Shown: positions 30,740 to 40,939 of the stretch, piece by piece
Position numbering within the stretch: position 1 is the first letter of the stretch
How the letters are laid out: every line of letters begins with the position of its first letter
DNA from: an uncultured Gemmatimonadales bacterium
GTDB lineage: Bacteria > Gemmatimonadota > Gemmatimonadetes > Gemmatimonadales > GWC2-71-9
Assembly (NCBI GenBank): GCA_963739455.1
Contig: CAVUAK010000001.1
Span: 736,001-800,000 of the forward strand
Direction: 5' to 3'
DNA length: 64,000 bases
The notes under the pieces: generated by a model
What the model saw: the letters and a program-made list of their open reading frames with translations, nothing else
What the model was told of the DNA's origin: nothing
The model's database searches: none
Translations under genes and position numbers: made by a program

Positions 30740-31753
30740 ATGCGCGCAGTCATCCTGTACGACGGTGGAAGCGACGAGTGGTCGGCCCAGGACGTGGCCG
30801 CGGTCATGGCGAATGTGCGGGAGGTGCGGACTGCCCTCCGTCGCGCGGGTCATGAGCCGGTGCTCGTGCCAGTCCACCTGGGTGACTTCCGCTGGCTGAC
30901 GCGGGCGCGGAAGGCCGATCTCGTGTTCAACCTGTGCGAGGGGATCAACGGCAAGGCGCGCTACGAGGACTTCGTGGTGGGCGCGCTGGAGCTGACCGGG
31001 GTCCCGTTCACCGGCTGTCGTCACTGGCCGATCGCGGTGTGCCACCGGAAGTACGTCGCCAACACGCTGCTGGCCGCGGGTGGCCTGCCGGTGCCGACGT
31101 TCACGCTGGCGCAGGCGAACAAGATCCCCGCCGACTTCCCGCTGCCGGCGATCGTGAAGCCGAACGCCGAGGACGCGAGCGTCGGGATCGACCGGGATGC
31201 GGTGTGCACCACGCGCCGGGGGCTCAGGAAGCGGGTGGCCACCATGCTGGAGCACTTCGACGAGGTGCTGGTCCAGCAATACATCGGGGGCCGTGAGTTC
31301 AACGTCGGCTTCATCGGCGACCGGATGCTGCCCATCTCGGAGATCAAGTTCGACCGGATGCCCGAGGGGAGCTGGCCGATCGTCACGTACGCCGCCAAGT
31401 GGCACGCGGGGAGCGCTGAGGACATGGGGACGCAGCCGGTGTGCCCGGCACAGGCGCCATCGGAGTTGCTGCGTCGCATCGGTGCGGTGGCTCGTCAGGC
31501 ATGGATGGTCATGGCGCACGGCGAGGGATACGGCCGGGTGGACCTGCGGGTGGACGAGCAGGGTACGCCGTGGATCCTCGAGGTGAACCCCTGCCCCGAC
31601 CTGTCGAGCGATGCGGGCCTGGCGCGCATGGGTCGCGCGGCGGGATGGAACTACGACGAGCTGGTGCTCCAGGTGGTCGAGGAGACGCTCAACCGCGCCC
31701 GCCGCGCCTCGGCCGCAGCAGCAGCACAGGTGCCAAGCAGCATCCCGGCGTGA
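30740..31753 (+). CDS. Ddl-like ATP-grasp ligase 2 (non-canonical)
   Basis: FNLCEG, IVKPNAEDASVGI, GREFNV, YAAKW, GRVDLR, EVNPCPD. Confidence 0.9.
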   Translation: MRAVILYDGGSDEWSAQDVAAVMANVREVRTALRRAGHEPVLVPVHLGDFRWLTRARKADLVFNLCEGINGKARYEDFVVGALELTGVPFTGCRHWPIAVCHRKYVANTLLAAGGLPVPTFTLAQANKIPADFPLPAIVKPNAEDASVGIDRDAVCTTRRGLRKRVATMLEHFDEVLVQQYIGGREFNVGFIGDRMLPISEIKFDRMPEGSWPIVTYAAKWHAGSAEDMGTQPVCPAQAPSELLRRIGAVARQAWMVMAHGEGYGRVDLRVDEQGTPWILEVNPCPDLSSDAGLARMGRAAGWNYDELVLQVVEETLNRARRASAAAAAQVPSSIPA

Positions 31754-32247
31754 CCGTCGCCGCCGTGGTGCTGCTGCGTCCCCTGTCCACCGTGGACCGC
31801 CCGGCGGTGGAGACGATGACGCGAAACACCGGGTTCTTTCACGAAGATGAAGTGGCCATTGCCGTCGAGGTGTTCGATGCCTCAGTGGCGGGCACATCGG
31901 ACTATATGGCGCTCGGTGCCGAGGTGAATGGCGCCCTCGCCGGCTGGATCTGCTGGGGACCGACGCCCTGCACGCTCGGGACCTGGGATTGCTACTGGAT
32001 CGTGGTCGATCCCGCCCATCAGGGCGAAGGGATCGGCTCAACATTGCTTGGCGAGATGGAGCAGCGGCTTGCGGGCCGCGCGCGCCTGATCGTCGCCGAG
32101 ACGGCGGGACGCGATGAGTACGGGCCGACGCGAGCGTTCTACGAGCGCCGTGGCTATCACGCCCAGTCGCGCATTCCCGATTTCTACGCCCCGGGCGACG
32201 ATCAGGTCGTCTACGTGAAGTATCTGAGCGCCGCGGTTCGGCCTTAA
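31750..32247 (+). CDS. GNAT-family N-acetyltransferase
   Basis: YWIVVDPAHQGEGIGSTL (motif A), RAFYERRGY; GTGA overlap. Confidence 0.9.
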   Translation: MTVAAVVLLRPLSTVDRPAVETMTRNTGFFHEDEVAIAVEVFDASVAGTSDYMALGAEVNGALAGWICWGPTPCTLGTWDCYWIVVDPAHQGEGIGSTLLGEMEQRLAGRARLIVAETAGRDEYGPTRAFYERRGYHAQSRIPDFYAPGDDQVVYVKYLSAAVRP

Positions 32248-32264
32248 GGAGGACGGGTACCGGC

Positions 32265-33440
32265 ATGGAGACCTGGCAGGAGGTCCTGCGAAAGAACTCG
32301 ATCGCTTCCCTCGAAGCGCTCGCCATCAAGTTCGGCCCGGAAAACTTCCCGGAGCTGGACCGGCTGCGCATCGCGGCGGACAATTTCGAGTTCCGCATCT
32401 CGCCCGCAATGGTGGACCTCATCAAGGAGCCGAACGACCCGATCTGGCGCCAGTACGTGCCGACGGTCGACGAGCTCGATGTGGTCGATGGGATTGTCGA
32501 CTCGCTCAACGAGGACGAGGACAGCCCGGTACCGAACATCACGCACCGCTATCCCGACCGGGCGCTGTTCCTGGTGTCGCCGGTGTGTGCCTCGTACTGC
32601 CGCTTCTGCACCCGCCGGCGGAAGGTGGGGGACCCGGAGAAGATCCCGATGTCCCAGTTCGAGTCGGCGTTCCAGTACCTCGAGGAGCACACGGAAATCC
32701 GGGACGTGATCATGTCGGGCGGCGATCCGCTGCTCCTCAATGATCGCCGGCTGGACATGATCCTGACCCGGCTCCGGTCGATCAAGCACATCGAGATCAT
32801 CCGTATCGGGAGCCGGGTGCCGTGTCACCTGCCCGAGCGGATCACGCCGGAGCTGTGCGAGACGATCAAGAAGCACCACCCGGTATGGATCAACACGCAC
32901 TTCAACCACCCGGACGAGCTGACGCCGGCGGCCGTGAAGGCGCTGGGCATGCTGGCGGACGCGGGCATTCCGCTCGGCTGCCAGACGGTGCTCCTCAAGG
33001 GGGTCAATGACAGCCCCGAGGTCATGAAGTCGCTGATGCACCGGCTGATGATGGCCCGGGTGCGGCCGTACTACATCTACATGGCCGACCAGGTGGCGGG
33101 CGCCGAGCACTTCCGGACGACCGTGCAGACCGGGCTCGAGATCATGCACGCGCTTCGGGGATGGACCAGCGGCCTGGCCAACCCGTACTTCGTCATTGAC
33201 GCGCCGGGCGGCGGCGGGAAGATCCCGCTCCTGCCGGAGTACGTCGAGAGCATGAACGAGGAAGAGGTGGTGCTGCGGAACTTCCGGGGCGAGCGGTTCG
33301 TCTACCGGCAGGCGCGGGAAGAGGTGGGGGTCGGGGCGGGATCGTCCGATCCGGAGTACCTGTTCCAGCCGACGCTGCAGCTGAAGAAGTCGCCGCGGAA
33401 GAAGGCGGTGGGAGCAGCGAGGAAGCGAAAGACGGCGTGA
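32265..33440 (+). CDS. kamA: KamA-family radical SAM/PLP 2,3-aminomutase
   Basis: THRYPDR, CASYCRFC, SGGDP, THFNHP, QTVLLKGVND, RPYY, DAPGGGGK. Confidence 0.9.
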   Translation: METWQEVLRKNSIASLEALAIKFGPENFPELDRLRIAADNFEFRISPAMVDLIKEPNDPIWRQYVPTVDELDVVDGIVDSLNEDEDSPVPNITHRYPDRALFLVSPVCASYCRFCTRRRKVGDPEKIPMSQFESAFQYLEEHTEIRDVIMSGGDPLLLNDRRLDMILTRLRSIKHIEIIRIGSRVPCHLPERITPELCETIKKHHPVWINTHFNHPDELTPAAVKALGMLADAGIPLGCQTVLLKGVNDSPEVMKSLMHRLMMARVRPYYIYMADQVAGAEHFRTTVQTGLEIMHALRGWTSGLANPYFVIDAPGGGGKIPLLPEYVESMNEEEVVLRNFRGERFVYRQAREEVGVGAGSSDPEYLFQPTLQLKKSPRKKAVGAARKRKTA

Positions 33441-33477
33441 ACTGGGACGTGAAGGCGTGAGGACGTGAAGTGGACGG

Positions 33478-33511
33478 AAAGAGGGGCGGCCCGCATGGAC
33501 CGCCCCTCTTT
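33478..33511. terminator. Bidirectional intrinsic terminator
   Basis: AAAGAGGGGCGG..CCGCCCCTCTTT between convergent genes. Confidence 0.85.
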
Positions 33512-33554
33512 GTTTCCGCCTGTCAGTCACCTCACGTCCTCACGTCCTCACGCC

Positions 33555-35069
33555 CTACTGCGCAAACTTCACGATCGTCGCGTCCTTGGCCAGGTAGAGG
33601 ATCTCGAGCGCACCGTCCCGGCCGGGCACCATGGCGGCGGTGCGGGTAAGACCGATGAGGCTGTCGACAGTGCTGTAGCGCCAGCGGGGCCCGCTGGTGC
33701 AGACGCTGGAACAGGTGGCGTAGCGCAGGCGGTCGAGACCGTTGTCGAGGAAGATTGCCTGGACGCGGCCGTTCGGGTCCATGGTGACGCCGTTGCCCTT
33801 TCCAACCAATCCCGTCGTCGTGAACTCGAAGCCAGTCCAGTTGGCAACGGTGATGCACGCGCTCAGGCAGGAAGCGTACTTCACGCTGCCCAAGGCACCC
33901 GTGCCACCGAGCGCCGCGTAGTAGGTCACGAGGAGCACATTACCGGGACCGATCGCGATCGAAGGGTTCTGGCCTCCGTCGAATACGGAGACAGGGCCCA
34001 CCAGCCAGGACGCGGTGCCCACGCAGGTGACGGTACAGGTGGCGTACTTGAGGGCCCGGTTGGTGCTGTCCTGGTAGACGACATGCAGGGTGGTCCCATC
34101 GGCAACGATGGCGCTCGTCATGCCGACAAACGGCCCGGTGTCGGGGGTGCCCTGTTCCCAGTTGGCGTCCAGCGCACACAGCCCCGGGCAGCGCGCGTAC
34201 CGGAGAAAGCTGTTGATACCGTCGTAATACGTGGTGTGCACAATGCCGTCCGGCGTCACCGCGATCGACGGATTGATGCCGATCAGGCTGCTGGAGTTGT
34301 CGACGGTGGCGATGGACCAGGAGAGGAGATCGGTACAAGCGGTAGTGCACGTCGCGTACTGGAGTGTCTGCAGCCGGTCACTGCGATAGACCACGTGGAC
34401 CCTGCCCGTCCGGTCGACACCAATGGCGCTGGAAGAACCGATGTTGCCCACGGTATCCACGGCCAGGGTACGCCAATTCCCAGCGAGGGAACAGTTGCTG
34501 GCGCACTCGGCGTAGATGAAGTCGCCATTCGTCGAATCGGCATAGACCGCGTGGAGGCCGCCCGACGAATCGGCAGCGAGCGCCAGGTCCCCGAAGAAGC
34601 TGATGCCGGCCGCGGTGCCGTCGGCCAGCGGAAAGGTGACGATCGGCCGGGTCTTGAAGCTCCAGGTGAATGGCTCGGCCATGACCGACCCGCTGGTGGA
34701 CTGCAGCGAACGGGTAATGGTCGCGTTGTAGGTCATGTTGGGCAACAGCGTCGCGGTGGCCTGGAGCGTGGTGCCGCCGGGAACGAGAATGCGTCGGGAG
34801 ACGTCGACCGCGCCGGGATTCTCAGTGATGACGAAGGACGAGGTCGTGGCGGTCGAGGTGTTGAGCGGCTGGCTGGCGGTGACCGTCACGGGCAGGCCAT
34901 ACGGAGCGAGGAGCGCTCCGGCGGCCGGGGACGGATTCGAGATAACCAGCGGGGTGCCACCGCCGCCACCGCTGTCGGGCGGGGGAAGCGGCACCGGTTC
35001 ATCGCATGCGGCCAACCCGGCAAGGAGCAAGAGGGCAGCGACGCTGCGCCGGTTCCATGGTGAGCTCAT
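33555..35069 (-). CDS. Lipoprotein: Ig-like (Big_5-type) domain plus Cys-containing repeat beta-propeller
   Basis: Lipobox GLAAC; LLPNMTYNATIT..FTWSFKT; six YAxCxxxC-x5-W repeats. Confidence 0.8.
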   Translation of the reverse strand: MSSPWNRRSVAALLLLAGLAACDEPVPLPPPDSGGGGGTPLVISNPSPAAGALLAPYGLPVTVTASQPLNTSTATTSSFVITENPGAVDVSRRILVPGGTTLQATATLLPNMTYNATITRSLQSTSGSVMAEPFTWSFKTRPIVTFPLADGTAAGISFFGDLALAADSSGGLHAVYADSTNGDFIYAECASNCSLAGNWRTLAVDTVGNIGSSSAIGVDRTGRVHVVYRSDRLQTLQYATCTTACTDLLSWSIATVDNSSSLIGINPSIAVTPDGIVHTTYYDGINSFLRYARCPGLCALDANWEQGTPDTGPFVGMTSAIVADGTTLHVVYQDSTNRALKYATCTVTCVGTASWLVGPVSVFDGGQNPSIAIGPGNVLLVTYYAALGGTGALGSVKYASCLSACITVANWTGFEFTTTGLVGKGNGVTMDPNGRVQAIFLDNGLDRLRYATCSSVCTSGPRWRYSTVDSLIGLTRTAAMVPGRDGALEILYLAKDATIVKFAQ

Positions 35070-35126
35070 CAAGTTCCTCCGGCCAGCGGGCCTCGAGTGC
35101 GGTAACACGATATCCAGCCGAAAGAT

Positions 35127-35142
35127 CGCAAGCGACGAGCCG
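35127..35142 (-). promoter_or_regulatory. Putative sigma54 -24/-12 promoter CGGCTCG-TCGC-TTGCG
   Basis: GG-N10-GC, close to TGGCACG-N4-TTGCW; about 58 nt upstream of the lipoprotein start. Confidence 0.55.
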
Positions 35143-35201
35143 GGCTGGGAACTCCAGCAAGAGACCGCTTCGGAGCTATCGTGTAAGTGATGGAATGATA
35201 A

Positions 35202-36812
35202 TTACTTAGCGGTTAACTGCGGCTCCAGGCCCCACCGTTCCACCCCCTCAAGCCAGCTCCAGGGATCGATAACAACCCCGGTGATTCGCCGGGAGACGAC
35301 GGCGGATTGCTCGGGTGTGTAGAGGAACACCGCCGGCACGTCGGCGTTCATGGAATCGAGCACTTCGCGCCAGCGCGGACGCGCGGTCGGAAGCGCGGAT
35401 GCTGAAAGAGCCTCGCCGATGAGGGAGTCGACAACCGGATTGCCGTAGCGACCGTAGTTGAGCGCGCCCCACCCTGCCCTGGTCCATTGATCGACGAGCC
35501 CAAGCGGACTTGGCTCATCGAGATAGGCGCCGATGTACACGTCGAACTTTCCCTCGGCGAGCCGCTGCTGGAAGACGGGAAAATCGACGGCGTCGATCGA
35601 AACGTCCGCGCCGAGCCGGCGCCAGGATTCCTGCAGCGCTTCGGCGAGCAGCTTCCGGCTTGGGCTGGTGGCGGGCACGAGCAGGCCGAAAGCGAGCCGA
35701 GTGGTGCCGTGTCGACGCATGCCCGATGCATCGCGCTTCCAGCCGGCGGCATCGAGAAGCCCGGATGCCGCAGCGGTGTCGAATGGCAGGGTGACGACGC
35801 CGTCACCAGCAATCCACTGCAGCCGGGAGACGGGTCCCTCGGGGACAGCGGCGTTGGGGCCGAAGACGGCGCGGGCCATTGTGGCGCGATCGACCGAGAG
35901 GGTGAGCGCCTGCCGGACCGCGCGATCGGAGAAGCGTGGATCGGGCTTCCCCTTCGCGCCGATGAACTTGAATGCCGCGAACCCGTAGACGGCAGACGGG
36001 TAGGGCATGACGCGAAGCAGCGTGTCGGCGGCGGCGCGGTCGGACTGCGCCGGCGGCCCCGCGTGCTCCAGCAACTCGGCCTCCCCCGAGAGGACCAGGT
36101 TGAGCGCGGCGTCAGGATCGGTGGTGAAGCGCCAGACGAGACGGCGAATGGCTGGTGCCGGTTGCCAGCTGGAGTCAGCGTCCAGCGTGATGGCCGTGCC
36201 GCGCTCCCAGCTGACGCACGCGATAGGGTCCGCTCCCGACCAGGTGCGCGAGGCTCGTGTCGTTGGGCCAGGAGGCGGGTGGCATTCCCGACCAGATGTG
36301 CCTGGGCAGGATGCGCACGTGCCAGGTGGCGTCATACAACTGCTCGGGCGAGTAGCGTGGAAAGTGAATCAGCACCGTGGCGGAATCCGTCGCCTCGGCG
36401 GTAACGCCGGTGAGTGCGGATGCTGCCGCCGTCTCGAGAGTGGAGTCGGTGTATGCAGCGAAGGAAAAGACAACATCGCCTGCCGTCACCGATACGCTGT
36501 CGTGCCAGAGCGCGCCGGGGCGGAGGTGGAAACGCCATGTGAGTGAGTCGACCCGTTCCCATGAATCAGCCAGCGCCGGATGAAACGCGGTGGGGTCGAT
36601 GGTGGCGCCACCGGACCTGAACGTGGCGAGTCTTTCGTAGACGCGATCACTGATGTCGCGACCGACGGTCTCGAACACCAGCGGAGGAAGGATGCTCGCA
36701 GGTTCGCGCACGGCGGCGATGCGGACGGTGCCGCAATCCTGGCACCTGAGATCCGCTCGCTGACACGCCGCCAGGACAAGGATGGCGCAGGCCAGGACCC
36801 GGACTGGCGCAT
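35202..36812 (-). CDS. ABC transporter substrate-binding protein, family 5 (frameshift near 36218; start approximate)
   Basis: LVLAAC lipobox, PALADSWE..WRFHLR..WHD, VGSGPY, VRQAL..DR, LLDAAGW. Confidence 0.9.
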
Positions 36813-36930
36813 TGGCGCCTGCATCGCGATGATGTGGGTGGAACAAAACGTTACACTCCATTCCCGGGTGCCGAAGCATTGGCTACCTGTAACTTATTAC
36901 CGGAAAGCTACTTAGCAAATCTGGCCGAAA

Positions 36931-36946
36931 GGGAATGCCGCCTGCT
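36931..36946 (+). promoter_or_regulatory. Putative sigma54 -24/-12 promoter GGGAATG-CCGC-CTGCT
   Basis: GG-N10-GC about 64 nt upstream of an operon encoding a sigma54 activator; palindrome at 36838-36856. Confidence 0.5.
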
Positions 36947-37009
36947 TATGGGTGGGTGTCCGGGGCCCGATCAAGGGCCATCCTTCTGACCAGACCCAGA
37001 GGTATCGTC

Positions 37010-37927
37010 ATGCGAAGCACTACTGCTGTTACCCTCGCCGCGAGCGTGATCATTCTCGCCGGCTGTTCCGATGCAGGCACCGGCACGGGCACCTCTGCCG
37101 ACGCGACGGTGCGATTCAATGTGGCGACGTCGAGTGCGCCCGCCGCCGCGGGTGCCGCGCTCAGCGTCAGCGGAGATCCGGAGACGTTCACTGACGGCAC
37201 CAACACGCTGGTGATCGATACCGCGCAGATGGTGCTGCGCGACATCAAGTTCCACCTGGTGGAGACGGCGAGCTGCACGGACGATGGCAACGATGATGGC
37301 CCCAACGGTGGCGGCGCTGACAGCAGCGAGAGCGGTGACGACCATGGCAATCACAGCGGGTCCGATGTGAGGACGGCCGGTTCCCGCATTGCGATGTCGC
37401 ACGATGACGACGGGAATGACAGCGACTGCGATGAGCTCCGGATCGGGCCGTACCTGCTGGACCTGCCGCTGGGTGCCGGTGCAGCGCGGGCCTTCTCGAT
37501 CGAGCTTCCGGCCGGCAGCTACCGCGAGGTGAAGTTCAAGGTGCACAAGGCGACGAACGACAGCGACGCGGCGTTCCTCACCGCGCACCCGGAGTTCGCG
37601 CAGAAGAGCGTGCGAGTGGTCGGCAAGTACAATGGCGTGGCTTTCGTCTTCACCAGCGACGCCACGGCGAGCCAGGAAAACGCGTTCGATCCTGCGCTGG
37701 TGGTGGACGGCACCACGGCCACCGACCTCACGCTGTTCGTGGATCTGTCGACCTGGTTCCTGGTGGATGGCGTGCTGGTAGACCCGGCGCTGGCCAACGA
37801 CCAGCAGCCGCTGTCGAGCCAGGTGAAGAACAACATCAAGGCATCGGTCCGCGCGTTCGAGGACAATGACCGCGACGGCGAGGATGATCACCATGACCAC
37901 GGGAGCGACAATCACGGCCAGGGCTGA
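37010..37927 (+). CDS. Lipoprotein with Asp/His-rich segments
   Basis: Lipobox ILAGC; PAGSYREVKFKVHK; C-terminal EDNDRDGEDDHHDHG. Confidence 0.8.
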   Translation: MRSTTAVTLAASVIILAGCSDAGTGTGTSADATVRFNVATSSAPAAAGAALSVSGDPETFTDGTNTLVIDTAQMVLRDIKFHLVETASCTDDGNDDGPNGGGADSSESGDDHGNHSGSDVRTAGSRIAMSHDDDGNDSDCDELRIGPYLLDLPLGAGAARAFSIELPAGSYREVKFKVHKATNDSDAAFLTAHPEFAQKSVRVVGKYNGVAFVFTSDATASQENAFDPALVVDGTTATDLTLFVDLSTWFLVDGVLVDPALANDQQPLSSQVKNNIKASVRAFEDNDRDGEDDHHDHGSDNHGQG

Positions 37928-37945
37928 CGGGATCCGGAGTCGCGG

Positions 37946-39277
<1,332 letters not shown>

Positions 39278-39305
39278 ATCCGGCAGCAGGCCGGAAGGAT
39301 GCCGC

Positions 39306-39941
39306 ATGTTTTCCAGCGCACGCTTCAGGGTGATGACCGTCGTCATTGCGGTGGCGCTCGCCATCGGCTGCTCGTCGGACTCGGGCGCACCCTCGCCCAA
39401 TGACCCGGGGTCCGAGCGACCACCCGACGGGCTCACCGTCGCGCGACTTGCGGTCACGGCGCCGCCGCTGGAGGAGAACACGGTGTCGTTCTGGGCTGTG
39501 AAGGGCCGGAGTGCGGAGCAGAGGCTCTACTTCCTCGATGAAGGCGGTGGACGGGGGGACGAATACCTCTCGCTCAAGCTGGAGAATGAGTCGTTGAGCC
39601 AGCGACCCGACGGGTCGGCGATCGCCGAGGGCGACTCGGTGCTGATCACGATCACGGTGGAGGATCCGGCGCTGGTGCTGTTCTCGCTGGAGCCCACCGG
39701 GCTCAAGTTCAGCGCTGAGAAGCCGGCCGAACTCAAGATCCGCTATGCGCATGCGGACGATGACTTCAATGAAGACGGCGACGTGGACGGCGAGGACAGT
39801 CACCTGGAGACGATCCTCGGCATCTGGCGTCAGGAGTTGCCGGGCCAGCCGTTCGTGCGCCTGGGCAGCGTGAAGGTGGAGGACGAGGAAGAACTCGAGG
39901 CGAAGCTGAATGGCTTCAGCCGCTACGCGATCGCCTACTGA
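39306..39941 (+). CDS. Hypothetical lipoprotein
   Basis: Lipobox AIGC; DFNEDGDVDGED; ends GFSRYAIAY. Confidence 0.8.
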   Translation: MFSSARFRVMTVVIAVALAIGCSSDSGAPSPNDPGSERPPDGLTVARLAVTAPPLEENTVSFWAVKGRSAEQRLYFLDEGGGRGDEYLSLKLENESLSQRPDGSAIAEGDSVLITITVEDPALVLFSLEPTGLKFSAEKPAELKIRYAHADDDFNEDGDVDGEDSHLETILGIWRQELPGQPFVRLGSVKVEDEEELEAKLNGFSRYAIAY

Positions 39942-39949
39942 GTCGATCG

Positions 39950-40939
39950 ATGATCGCGCCCACCGCTGAACCTGACCTCGTCGCGATACTGCGCGCGCTG
40001 CTTGGCGCGGGCCGGTATCGCGAGGTGGTGTCGTCGTGGCTCGCCGCGCCGGCGGCGGACGCGCGCCGCAGCGAGGCGCTGCTGCTGGCGGCGACGGCGT
40101 CGATGCGACTGGGGGACGTGGTGCAGGCGGGAGAACTGGCGGCGGAGGCGGCGGAGGGATTCCGCCTGCGGGCCGACCTGGACGGGCGGCTGCGCGCCCT
40201 CAACCTGCTCGGCGCAGTCGCGTTCGAGCGGGGTGACCTGGATGACGCCGCGAGCCGATTCGAGATGGCGCGCTCGCTGGCGCGGCAGCTGGGCGATACG
40301 CTGTTCGACGCGCACGCGGCCAACAACCTGGCGTCGGTGGCACACCTGCGTGGCGACGCGGTGACGGCGCTGAGCCTCTATCGCGCCGCCCTGCTGGGCT
40401 ACCAGCGTCTCGGCGACCGGCGCGGAACGGCGCAGACATACCACAACCTGGGGCTCGCGTTTCGGGAGCTCGGTGCCTGGCAGGATGCGGACGAGGCGAC
40501 GGTGCAGGCGCTGCGGCATGCGCGGATGGTGGAAGATGCCGCGCTGGCGGCGCTGGCGGTGACGGGTCGCGCAGAGCTCGACGTCGCGCGGGGTGCGCTG
40601 GACGTGGCGTCGCGCGAGCTGGATCGCGCCAGCGAGCTCGCACTGCAGGCAGGCGACCAGATCGGCATCGCCGAGATCGGCCGGGTGCGAGCGGTGGTGG
40701 CACTGCAGCGGAATGACGCGGGGGCGGCGCTGGAGGAGGCACGGGCTGCGGGCTCGATGGCGGAGAGCCAGGGATCGGCGCTGCTGGTGGCGGAGTGTGC
40801 CGCGGCGGAGGCACTGGCGTTGCGACGTCTCGCGCGACGGGGGGAAGCAGATACCGTGCGGGTGAAGGCGGAGGACGGGTTTGCGCGGCTGGGGGCGGCG
40901 GCGCTCGCCGAGCGCTTCAGCCGGGAGTGGGAGCGCTAG
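39950..40939 (+). CDS. Tetratricopeptide repeat protein
   Basis: ALNLLGAV, AANNLASV, AQTYHNLGLA TPR units. Confidence 0.85.
   Translation: MIAPTAEPDLVAILRALLGAGRYREVVSSWLAAPAADARRSEALLLAATASMRLGDVVQAGELAAEAAEGFRLRADLDGRLRALNLLGAVAFERGDLDDAASRFEMARSLARQLGDTLFDAHAANNLASVAHLRGDAVTALSLYRAALLGYQRLGDRRGTAQTYHNLGLAFRELGAWQDADEATVQALRHARMVEDAALAALAVTGRAELDVARGALDVASRELDRASELALQAGDQIGIAEIGRVRAVVALQRNDAGAALEEARAAGSMAESQGSALLVAECAAAEALALRRLARRGEADTVRVKAEDGFARLGAAALAERFSREWER

Noticed and set aside
29609..31753. Calling the two ligases ddl or van resistance genes
   Set aside because: D-Ala subsite motifs are missing, and there is no mur/fts or vanH/vanX context
29627..32542. 971-aa minus-strand ORF and other long antisense ORFs (e.g. 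7450-9873, 36971-38992, 33465-35063)
   Set aside because: Shadow ORFs of high-GC genes on the opposite strand; Arg/Pro/His-rich with no recognisable motifs
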